Shown here: in pieces, positions 20,146 through 28,238 of the stretch
How positions within the stretch are numbered: the stretch's first letter is position 1
Layout: each line of letters starts with the position of its first letter
Assembly: GCA_045656985.1 (NCBI GenBank)
Contig: JAZOSH010000076.1
Coordinates: 1 to 55,292, forward strand
DNA from: Eubacteriales bacterium
Lineage (GTDB): Bacteria; Bacillota; Clostridia; Oscillospirales; CAG-272
Direction: 5' to 3'
Length of the DNA stretch: 55,292 nt
The notes under the pieces: model-generated
Database searches by the model: none
Told to the model about the DNA's origin: nothing
The model's input: only the letters and a program-made list of their open reading frames with translations
Position numbers and translations under genes: made by a program

Positions 20146-20904
20146 ATGCAGACGTTTTATAAAGATCTTTTGACGGTAAATATCTATAAAACAAGAAAAG
20201 AAATGGGGGAGGCTGCCGCGAGGGATATAAGGTCGCGTATACTTTCACTTCTGAAAGAAAAGGAAAGTATAAATATGATCTTTGCTGCCGCACCGTCACA
20301 AAATGAGGTGCTGTCGGCTCTGGTTAATGATAAGGAGATCCCGTGGAGCAGAATCAATGCCTTTCACATGGATGAGTACATAGGGCTTTCTGCCCAAGCA
20401 CCGCAGGGCTTCGGTAATTTTCTAAAGAATAATATTTTCGGGCTCGTCGATTTTAGAAGCATTTCCTATATCGACGTTACCGCAATAGATGCCGAAAAGG
20501 AATGTGAGCGTTATGCACAGCTTCTGGCAAGAGAGCCTATAGACATCGTGGTTATGGGGATCGGAGAGAACGGACATATTGCCTTTAACGATCCGCCCGT
20601 CGCTGACTTTAACGATAAAAAGTCGGTAAAAGCGGTAATGCTCGACGAGATCTGCCGTAATCAGCAGGTAAATGACGGTTGTTTTGAAAGGCTCGAGGAC
20701 GTACCCAAGACCGCCATAACCCTTACAGTGCCTACACTTTTTTCTGCAGATCACCTTTTCTGCATCGTGCCCGCAAGGTCTAAGGCGGTAGCCGTAAGAG
20801 CAACGCTTTGCGACAGTATAAACGAAAAATGTCCCGCAACAGTCCTTCGCCGTCATAAGAGTGCCGTTCTTTATCTTGACAGCGACAGTAGCTCACTTTT
20901 GTAA
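20146..20904 (+). CDS. nagB: Glucosamine-6-phosphate deaminase family protein
   Basis: AFHMDEY, MGIGENGHIAFNDP, CPATVLRRH. Confidence 0.8.
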   Translation: MQTFYKDLLTVNIYKTRKEMGEAAARDIRSRILSLLKEKESINMIFAAAPSQNEVLSALVNDKEIPWSRINAFHMDEYIGLSAQAPQGFGNFLKNNIFGLVDFRSISYIDVTAIDAEKECERYAQLLAREPIDIVVMGIGENGHIAFNDPPVADFNDKKSVKAVMLDEICRNQQVNDGCFERLEDVPKTAITLTVPTLFSADHLFCIVPARSKAVAVRATLCDSINEKCPATVLRRHKSAVLYLDSDSSSLL

Positions 20905-20911
20905 TCAGATT

Positions 20912-22066
20912 ATGAAAAAAATAAAATCAGATAAAATAATCCTCGATGATCGCATATTCAGCGGATGTATCTATTTTGAAAACGGAAGGATCATAGAGGT
21001 GACCGAAAAAGAATATCCCGTCGCTGAAGTGTACGATATGACGGGATATTACGTCAGCGCGGGATTTATTGATATCCATACTCATGGCGGAGGAGGGAAT
21101 GCCTTTGAAGGAAGTATGGAACAAATCGTCGACGGTTGTAATTTTCACTTGATGCACGGTACTACGTCTATTTGCCCCACCGTTTCCGCCGCAGAATTTG
21201 ACAGTATGGCGTGCTCGGTAGAAAACATAGGTCGAGCGATGACAGATCCCCGTATAAAAGGGACGATAATCGGCGCACACCTTGAGGGACCGTATCTTTC
21301 AAGAAAACAAACGGGGGCGCAGTGCGCGGATTTTATTACTGAACCGAAGAAGGAGGAATACATACCTCTACTTGAGCGCTATTCCAATACGATCGCACGT
21401 TGGAGCTATGCTCCGGAGAACGACAGCGGCGAGCAATTCGCTAAAACGCTGAGGAGGTACGGTATAGTGGCCTCCGCAGGTCATACCAACGCAACGTACG
21501 ACGAGATGACACGCGCGATGGAAAATGGCTGCGAGCTTGTGACGCATTTATATTCCTGCACTTCTACCGTAACTCGCGATCACGGTTTTCGCAGACTTGG
21601 TGTGATAGAGACGGCGTATCTTCACGACGATATGTACGTGGAGATAATTTGCGACGGGAAGCACCTGCCGCCCGAGCTTATACAGCTTATCTACAAGATC
21701 AAGGGCGCAGACAGGATCGCGCTTGTAACCGATAGCCTCGCGCTTGCAGGAACAGACAAAACGCACGGATTTATGCAGAATACCGAGTTTATTATCGAGG
21801 ATGGGGTGTGCAAGCTCATGGACAGAAGTGCCTTCGCAGGCAGTATTGCCACGGCCGACAGATTGGTTCGTGTTGCGGTGAGGGAGGCGGGAATACCTCT
21901 TATTGAGGCAATAAAAATGATCACTCTCACACCCGCGAAAATTATGAAGCTTGATAATAAGGGAAGGATCGCGCCCAATACGGATGCTGATCTTGTGGTT
22001 TTTGATGATGATATTAACGTCAAGAAGGTGTTTACAAAGGACACCGTGACTGATATAACATTTTAG
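20912..22066 (+). CDS. nagA: N-acetylglucosamine-6-phosphate deacetylase
   Basis: GFIDIHTHG, HLEGPY, AGHT, THLY, DGKHLPP, AGS; start set at MKKIK. Confidence 0.88.
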   Translation: MKKIKSDKIILDDRIFSGCIYFENGRIIEVTEKEYPVAEVYDMTGYYVSAGFIDIHTHGGGGNAFEGSMEQIVDGCNFHLMHGTTSICPTVSAAEFDSMACSVENIGRAMTDPRIKGTIIGAHLEGPYLSRKQTGAQCADFITEPKKEEYIPLLERYSNTIARWSYAPENDSGEQFAKTLRRYGIVASAGHTNATYDEMTRAMENGCELVTHLYSCTSTVTRDHGFRRLGVIETAYLHDDMYVEIICDGKHLPPELIQLIYKIKGADRIALVTDSLALAGTDKTHGFMQNTEFIIEDGVCKLMDRSAFAGSIATADRLVRVAVREAGIPLIEAIKMITLTPAKIMKLDNKGRIAPNTDADLVVFDDDINVKKVFTKDTVTDITF

Positions 22067-22102
22067 TAAAAGTATGGATTTGGAATCGAAGGAGAAAGTG
22101 AT

Positions 22103-23188
22103 ATGTCATCTTTTGGAATTAACGTTTTTGATTTTGGTGCGAAGGGAGACGGTGTAACCGACGATACCGCCGCTATACAGGCTGCCATTAATTTTGCGGC
22201 TGAACGGGGAGGAGGAAAGATCCTGTTTCCCTATACCAAGGGAGGATACCGTATAGCATCTCCCGCTATAGAGGAGTTCGATGGAAAGCCCGTTCGAGCG
22301 CAACTCGTTATTCCTCCTGGGGAGACCAACATTCAGCTTGAGGGAGAGATGCCTTGCCGTATGATGCACTCATACGTCGTTCGTCCTCTCGAGATGGTAA
22401 AGCAGAATTATCTTCCCACCTTGTTTGGAATGATGAGCACACACAATACAAGGATATTCTCTGATTGGGAGGCTCCAGAGGAGCACGATCCCTGCGCGCG
22501 TCCGTGGTCAATATTGGCGGCACCCGAGGGAACGCTTCATAAGGGGCGCTTCAGCGTTCGTCAGTTCTCCATTTCAAATCTTGATTTCAGAGTGCCGCTT
22601 GATCGCGAAAAAATGTATCCTACTCAGTCAGCGGTAAATCTGCAAAACGTAACGCGCGTTAATATTTCCGATTGTCAGTTCTGCTTGAACGAGATGATAG
22701 GAGACGCGGTTCTCGGTAAGGAGCTTCAGCCTAATCCGTGTCACGTTGCGGGACTTATTACATCGGGAGATCAAAATGACAACAACGTTCTTCGGAACGT
22801 TTCAGTGCAGGGCTTCAAATATGGCTTCGTGCTTGGTGAGCACGTGGTTGCTGACTATCTCTACGTTCATAATTGCGAGGAGGCTATCACCTTCCACGAC
22901 TCTTCTCATTTGTCGGTTATAAATCACGTCGTTGCCCAGCATAATACGGTGATACTTTCTTCGGCCACGTCCGCTATTTTTGGTATGCCAAAGGGGCCAT
23001 GCAATGTTTTGGTCCTGACGGTGGATTTTGAGTGCGGATCGGACCTTAAGCCTGCGGTCTCGCAATTAAAATACGGTGTTTATGATCCCGAGGGACGCTT
23101 GCATGGTTCTCTTACGTGGCATAAGCCCGGCGGTAAGCAGATATTTCCCGCAGTGTGTAGCGAGAAATTTGAGATCAAGCATTTTTAA
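22103..23188 (+). CDS. Pectate lyase superfamily / parallel beta-helix protein
   Basis: NVFDFGAKGDGVTDDTAAIQAAI N-terminal motif. Confidence 0.75.
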   Translation: MSSFGINVFDFGAKGDGVTDDTAAIQAAINFAAERGGGKILFPYTKGGYRIASPAIEEFDGKPVRAQLVIPPGETNIQLEGEMPCRMMHSYVVRPLEMVKQNYLPTLFGMMSTHNTRIFSDWEAPEEHDPCARPWSILAAPEGTLHKGRFSVRQFSISNLDFRVPLDREKMYPTQSAVNLQNVTRVNISDCQFCLNEMIGDAVLGKELQPNPCHVAGLITSGDQNDNNVLRNVSVQGFKYGFVLGEHVVADYLYVHNCEEAITFHDSSHLSVINHVVAQHNTVILSSATSAIFGMPKGPCNVLVLTVDFECGSDLKPAVSQLKYGVYDPEGRLHGSLTWHKPGGKQIFPAVCSEKFEIKHF

Positions 23189-23421
23189 TCTACCCATGAA
23201 TTGTAGGTAGCTATCGGCACCTTTGCAATATCAGTAAACGTCAAGAAGGAAAGCTGAGCTTAGCCAGAGCAATCGATGCTTCACAGGCAAAGATTAACGT
23301 GCCGGTTCAGGCAAGACAGCAGTTCGGCAGTAGCGGTGGCGGTGTTACCGTTATCAGTCATGAGGAAGCATAATAGGAAGATCTTTTTGGTTGTGATCAG
23401 ACCATTTATCTTTAATGAATT

Positions 23422-23488
23422 AAGCAGGAGATAATCTCCTGCTTTTTCTTTGGTATAACGAAAGGCAGGATAAAATCCTGCCTTTTTT
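23422..23488 (+). terminator. Two tandem terminator hairpins
   Basis: AGCAGGAGAT-A-ATCTCCTGCTTTTT and AAGGCAGGAT-AAA-ATCCTGCCTTTTTT. Confidence 0.7.
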
Positions 23489-23701
23489 GTGATTAATAAT
23501 AAAATGTTACAGAGATACCCTAAACATCATAATTATAATAGAACCATATACACAGTTGGAGAATAACAAAACGAGTGCTTATGAAAAAACAATAAGGAGG
23601 ACGAGCCAATGTTATAATTTATCTAGCAACAAAATTGAAAAAATTAAAAACAAAAATTATCAAACAACAAAAACAAAACCAATTGAAAAGGAGAGAACAA
23701 A

Positions 23702-24178
23702 ATGAAAACAAACGTTATTTTTAAGACAATCAGAGAGTTGAAGTCAATGGATGAAAAGAGAGAAGTTCCCGAGTATATCGAGGTCGCGGGCCACAACCCT
23801 TGCCCCTGCTGTGGCGGAGACGTTCACGGCGTTGTGTCAACGGAAGGTATCTATCACGTAGAGTGCAAGGCGTGTGGTTACAGGCGTGATAAGAGTTTTT
23901 CGTTCTGTAGCCAGGAGCCATCCATTGCAATGGATGAGATCAAATACGATTGGAACCGCGGGTTCCTACTTTCGAGCTTTACTCCCGAGGCACTTTCTGC
24001 AATGGGACTCGAGGAAGGTGACTACCTTGCAGTTGACAGCGTTGAAGATCTTGTTCTTCTGGTAGCGTCGAGCAAGAAAGAGATTTGGGATTATTTCTTT
24101 TATTCATCAGACGACACATATTATAACATATATGTCGTCAATGACGGAGCTCTTGTTGCTATCGACAAAACAATTTGA
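23702..24178 (+). CDS. Zn-ribbon protein (Lar-like N-terminal domain)
   Basis: PCPCCGG...YHVECKACG...WNR pattern; AAGGAG RBS; followed by a terminator at ~24200-24245. Confidence 0.55.
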   Translation: MKTNVIFKTIRELKSMDEKREVPEYIEVAGHNPCPCCGGDVHGVVSTEGIYHVECKACGYRRDKSFSFCSQEPSIAMDEIKYDWNRGFLLSSFTPEALSAMGLEEGDYLAVDSVEDLVLLVASSKKEIWDYFFYSSDDTYYNIYVVNDGALVAIDKTI

Positions 24179-24524
24179 CAAAACAACACAAATTATTTCG
24201 GTATAGCCCTCTCGAGTTTTAGAGAGGGCTATACCCCTTTTTTTCTTTCTTTTTTTACTTTTATTTTGCTATTACGACATTTTCTGATATCTGGGCAAGT
24301 CAAATAGCATAATTATAAATGAAAGGGATACAAGGTTGGAGAAGAGAAAACACTTTCTCTATGAAGACATGAAAAACAAAAGAAAAATTAAAGGAGAATA
24401 AAACGATGGAGAGGGATGAAGAAAAATGACAGAGGGAGTGTAGAGGGAAACATAACGGTTACTCTGCATGAAATGCTAGAGTAAACGCTTATGTTTCGTG
24501 CTTGATTGAATTTTGAACCGCTTT

Positions 24525-24679
24525 TTATATAAAGAAATTTTGAAACTTAGAAATTTCTTATATAGGAGAGGGCTTGATTTAACCGAGAAGCGCTATGCGC
24601 ACGGCGGTCCTACCGCGCCGTATATCAGGTGGGGATGCTTCGCTTTAACAGACAATGGCACAAAAATTTCTTTATATAA
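24525..24679. repeat. 17-bp inverted repeat plus a third copy, around a GC-rich hairpin (candidate recombination site or oriT)
   Basis: TTATATAAAGAAATTTT (24525-24541) versus AAAATTTCTTTATATAA (24663-24679); AAATTTCTTATATA at 24551-24564; ACGGCG...CGCCGT at 24601-24621. Confidence 0.6.
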
Positions 24680-24691
24680 CGGAGGTTAATC

Positions 24692-25732
24692 ATGGGACGT
24701 CACAAGTCAACAAAATCGCTTATACAACAGGTCAAGGAAACACTTGACTCCAAGCTTTCAATAGGAGAAAGCAAGTATCTCGCCAAACTTAACGGTACAT
24801 ACACTAATTATATCTTTTCTTGGGAGACGTATCGCAGTTATTTGAAGCACTCGTGCTATTTCATTCGCTGGGTAAAGGAACAGCCTATTGACCCTGTTCT
24901 CGGACACAAACCGCGAACACTTGAAGAGTGTAGAAAAGCGGGTTTTGTGGAGAAATGGATTCAATACAACATTGATCGAGGATTATCGAACTACACCGTG
25001 AAACTTGAGCTTGCCTCGCTCAGTAAGCTCTACGGTTGTAAAAGCACCGATTTTAACATAAAGACTCATCCAAGGAAGAGAGCAAGCATCAAGCGTAGCC
25101 GTCGTAATGACGTTGCGATGGACAAGCACTTTAGTATTACAAAAAACAAAGATCTTATTACATTTTGTCGTTGCACCGGGCTTCGTCGCTCTGAACTTGA
25201 GCAGATTCGTGGTACAGATCTTATTGAACACGAAGGTAAGCTTTTCCTTGACGTGCACAAGGGAACTAAGGGAGGGCGTCTTCGTATCAGCGAAATTTGC
25301 GGATCAGAAGAGGAACTTGAGACAGTAAAAAGACTTTGTGCTGAAGCTGGTTCAAATAAAATTTTCCCTAACCCTCACACTAATGCGGACATTCATTCGT
25401 ATCGTGCTGACTATGCTAAAAGAATTTATAACAAGTACAAAAGGGAATACAGCGAGTTTAAGCACGAAAGGCTTATAGTATACAAAAATAAGATTATCGC
25501 CTCTTATACAACGAAAAATGGAAGAAGAGACGTTAACAAATTCCCTGAACTTTACAAAACGGAAGGGAACCGCAAAAGAATGCTTCCTGGTTATAGGGAT
25601 GTATCAAGTGTCTATTACTGTAGAGTTGATAGAAAAGGGGAGTGTTTCGATAGAAAAGCGTTGTTCGCAGCGAGTAGTTCGTTAGGTCATTCAAGGGAAT
25701 GTTTGGTCGCGGAGCATTATTTATATAGCTAG
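24692..25732 (+). CDS. Atypical tyrosine recombinase
   Basis: TGLRRSEL (R), TKGGRLR (K), IHSYR (HxxR), LGHSR...HYL (H, Y) catalytic set. Confidence 0.8.
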   Translation: MGRHKSTKSLIQQVKETLDSKLSIGESKYLAKLNGTYTNYIFSWETYRSYLKHSCYFIRWVKEQPIDPVLGHKPRTLEECRKAGFVEKWIQYNIDRGLSNYTVKLELASLSKLYGCKSTDFNIKTHPRKRASIKRSRRNDVAMDKHFSITKNKDLITFCRCTGLRRSELEQIRGTDLIEHEGKLFLDVHKGTKGGRLRISEICGSEEELETVKRLCAEAGSNKIFPNPHTNADIHSYRADYAKRIYNKYKREYSEFKHERLIVYKNKIIASYTTKNGRRDVNKFPELYKTEGNRKRMLPGYRDVSSVYYCRVDRKGECFDRKALFAASSSLGHSRECLVAEHYLYS

Positions 25733-26028
25733 AAAACACAATATTTTGATGTGCTACATTTGCGTCGTTTTAGAATTCTTCTTTGGCAACGTTTATGAAC
25801 AAAGCGTTGGCGCTTTGTGTATATTTTATGAATGAAAAAATTTTTTTGCAAAAAAAATTAGTTTTTTAATTTTTAAAAACCTAGTTTTTTCAAGGCTTGC
25901 GAGGAATTTTTGAAAAAAAGCTTATATAATAAAGCCTAATTTTTTGAGTAAAAATCATAATTATAGTGTACGGACAAGTAAAAAACCAATTGAAATTTTG
26001 TGCAAAATTTATGTTAAAGGAGAGTTTT

Positions 26029-26295
26029 ATGACGAAAGCAAAAAGTCAAAAGATAATTAAAAATACCAAACAACTTCAGGAAGTTAATCAACCTACTGCA
26101 GTTGCTAACGAGTGTGTTATTTTAGCAAACGAAAATGACGTCCTGCTTGTTGAGGATGTTCAGCGCATTTTGCGCATTGGCAGAAACAAGGCGTATGAGC
26201 TTGTCTCTAGCGGTAGGATTAAGAGCATCAAAATTGGTACAAAAAGAATCATCCCTAAAACATGTTTGATCGAGTTCCTTAAAAATACAAGTTAG
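26029..26295 (+). CDS. Excisionase-like HTH_17 protein
   Basis: DVLLVEDVQRILRIGRNKAYELVSSGRIKSIKIG; AAGGAG RBS. Confidence 0.8.
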   Translation: MTKAKSQKIIKNTKQLQEVNQPTAVANECVILANENDVLLVEDVQRILRIGRNKAYELVSSGRIKSIKIGTKRIIPKTCLIEFLKNTS

Positions 26296-26322
26296 AGTGG
26301 AATCAATGCTCAAACAAAAAAA

Positions 26323-26448
26323 TTGACAAATTAGCGGCTTTATGGTATAATGATAAAAAAGTCAAGATAACTTGACCACATATTGTTATATTATTGAGGG
26401 TGCCATAAGGCCGTTACACTACAAATCTGCGTGTAACGGCCTTTTTTT
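26323..26448 (+). promoter_or_regulatory. SigA promoter followed by a terminator hairpin upstream of xis-int
   Basis: TTGACA (26323)-17 bp-TATAAT (26346); AAGGCCGTTACAC...GTGTAACGGCCTTTTTTT at 26407-26448. Confidence 0.65.
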
Positions 26449-26476
26449 CCAGTGGGAGAAAAAGAGGGGGTATGAG

Positions 26477-26755
26477 GTGAAAAAAATACAATTTAAGTTG
26501 CCTGTTAGGGAGGGCAGAAGAAGAACAATAGCGATTGACATGAGAAAACACCTCAAAAAATATCCTGATGCAATGAGAGTGTGTGACATAGCCGAAGCAC
26601 TTTCGTGTAGCAAAAACACGATTTACGAGTGGATCGAAAGCGGAGAGCTCTTTAGCGTTACTATGGGAAGGACTATTATTATTCCCAAAAACACGCTAAT
26701 CGAGCATTTAATCAATAAAAAATACTATGTTATAAGAACAAAGGAGAATAATTAA
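26477..26755 (+). CDS. Excisionase-like HTH_17 protein
   Basis: YPDAMRVCDIAEALSCSKNTIYEWIESGEL; directly upstream of the integrase; GTG start chosen from the RBS. Confidence 0.75.
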   Translation: MKKIQFKLPVREGRRRTIAIDMRKHLKKYPDAMRVCDIAEALSCSKNTIYEWIESGELFSVTMGRTIIIPKNTLIEHLINKKYYVIRTKENN

Positions 26756-26756
26756 A

Positions 26757-27953
26757 ATGAAAAGAATTACAGGTCATCTTGAAAAGAAGAACGGCAAGTA
26801 CTATGCCGTGATAAATTTGTACGTGGAAGGCAAGCGAAAGCCCAAGTGGATTAACTTGGATCTTGAGGTGAAAAAAGGAAACAAGAGGAAAGCTGATGCT
26901 CGTCTTGCAGAGGTCCTTGAGAAGTACAATCAAAACAGATCGTATCTTGTAGAGGCTATGAATCCAAAGGAAAGGGAGGCATATAGGATATCCAATTTAT
27001 CCATTTTGGAGTTCCTTGCCGAGTGGTTGGAAGGCCATAAATTGAGCATTGCGTCCTTAACGTATGCCAATTATCAAGGTTATTTGAACGGTCGTATTAA
27101 AGAATACTTTAGTCAAAACAACATTAAAGTTTGCGATGTTACGGAAGAAACTATTACGGGGTTTTATAATTTCCTTCACGATAAAAATCTGTCTAACAAT
27201 AGCATCATAAGATACCACAGCTTTATGCATGTAGCATTTGCGTCGCTCATTCCAAAAAAGGTGCTCGTTTGCAACCCTGTGGGGTTGGTGGATAAGCCCA
27301 AGCCAGAAAAACCTAGAGTTAACTACTACAACAAAAGAGAGCTGATAAAACTCTTAGAGGTATCGAAGAACACAGATCAGTATCTTATTGTACTCATGGC
27401 CGTTTTTTACGGTTTGAGACGCAGTGAGATTATTGGCATTAAGTGGTCGGCAATAGATTTCTCGGACGAAGGAACGATAACTATTAGCCACACTGTAACC
27501 CAGAAAAATGGGGAATTGTTCAAAGCGGATGTGAACAAAAATGACTCGTCGTATAGAACTATGCCCCTTTTGCCAAATGTGCGTGAAGCGCTTATTAGAG
27601 AGAAAGAAAATCAGCAGAGAATGAAGGGGCTCTTTAACAGTGGGTATTGTTTGGAAGACTCGGAATACGTTTTTGTTGATGCTTTGGGGCATCTAATTAA
27701 GCCTGATGACGCAACAAATCACTTTTCTTCCTTTATAGAAAAGAATATGGATAAGAGAATAACGTTGCACGGGCTTCGTCATTCTTGTGCGACTTGTATG
27801 CTCACAAGCAAAACACCCATGAAAAACATTCAGGTTTGGCTTGGGCATTCTGATATGGGGACAACTGCCAATACATACAGCCATGTTGACAGTCACAGCA
27901 TGGATGAAATGGCAAAAACCATTTATGACGTACTTAATGTCGCAGAAAAATAA
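26757..27953 (+). CDS. int: Site-specific tyrosine integrase (Tn916/ICEBs1-type)
   Basis: N-terminal arm-binding region, GLRRSEIIG, LHGLRHSCAT, WLGHSD...NTYSH. Confidence 0.92.
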   Translation: MKRITGHLEKKNGKYYAVINLYVEGKRKPKWINLDLEVKKGNKRKADARLAEVLEKYNQNRSYLVEAMNPKEREAYRISNLSILEFLAEWLEGHKLSIASLTYANYQGYLNGRIKEYFSQNNIKVCDVTEETITGFYNFLHDKNLSNNSIIRYHSFMHVAFASLIPKKVLVCNPVGLVDKPKPEKPRVNYYNKRELIKLLEVSKNTDQYLIVLMAVFYGLRRSEIIGIKWSAIDFSDEGTITISHTVTQKNGELFKADVNKNDSSYRTMPLLPNVREALIREKENQQRMKGLFNSGYCLEDSEYVFVDALGHLIKPDDATNHFSSFIEKNMDKRITLHGLRHSCATCMLTSKTPMKNIQVWLGHSDMGTTANTYSHVDSHSMDEMAKTIYDVLNVAEK

Positions 27954-27981
27954 AAGGACTGAAGCAAAAGCTTCAGTCCTT
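27952..27981. terminator. Terminator hairpin after the integrase
   Basis: AAGGACTGAAGC-AAAA-GCTTCAGTCCTT. Confidence 0.75.
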
Positions 27982-27983
27982 GA

Positions 27984-28007
27984 TGGCGGAGAGAGGGATT
28001 CAAAACC
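27984..28007 (-). repeat. Degenerate copy of the tRNA-Ser 3' end (possible nested att remnant)
   Basis: TGGCGGAGAGAGGGATTCAAAACC versus tRNA TGGCGGAGAGAGAGGGATTCGAACC. Confidence 0.6.
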
Positions 28008-28126
28008 TTAAACAACTTGGTATAATTAAAAAACTTGAACCGTTTCTTTTGAAGGTGTTTTTCTGTATAACAAATTGTATTGCACTCTGAAAAATATGAG
28101 CAATATATTTTCGTTTGATATACTTA

Positions 28127-28155
28127 TTGTATTTTTTGTCGAATTATGATATAAT
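28127..28155 (+). promoter_or_regulatory. SigA-type promoter of the NTPase-synthetase pair
   Basis: TTGTAT-17 bp-TATAAT with extended -10 TG. Confidence 0.55.
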
Positions 28156-28238
28156 TAAATATATTTTATAGTTACTTGCATGTTTGCAAGTCGTTTAAAA
28201 TTTGTTTCGATAAGATTGAAAGATTGGAGAGAGACCAA

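Noticed and set aside
23200-23373. Open frame ending ...GGGVTVISHEEA*
   Set aside because: No start or RBS and no recognisable family; may be a truncated gene end but cannot be supported
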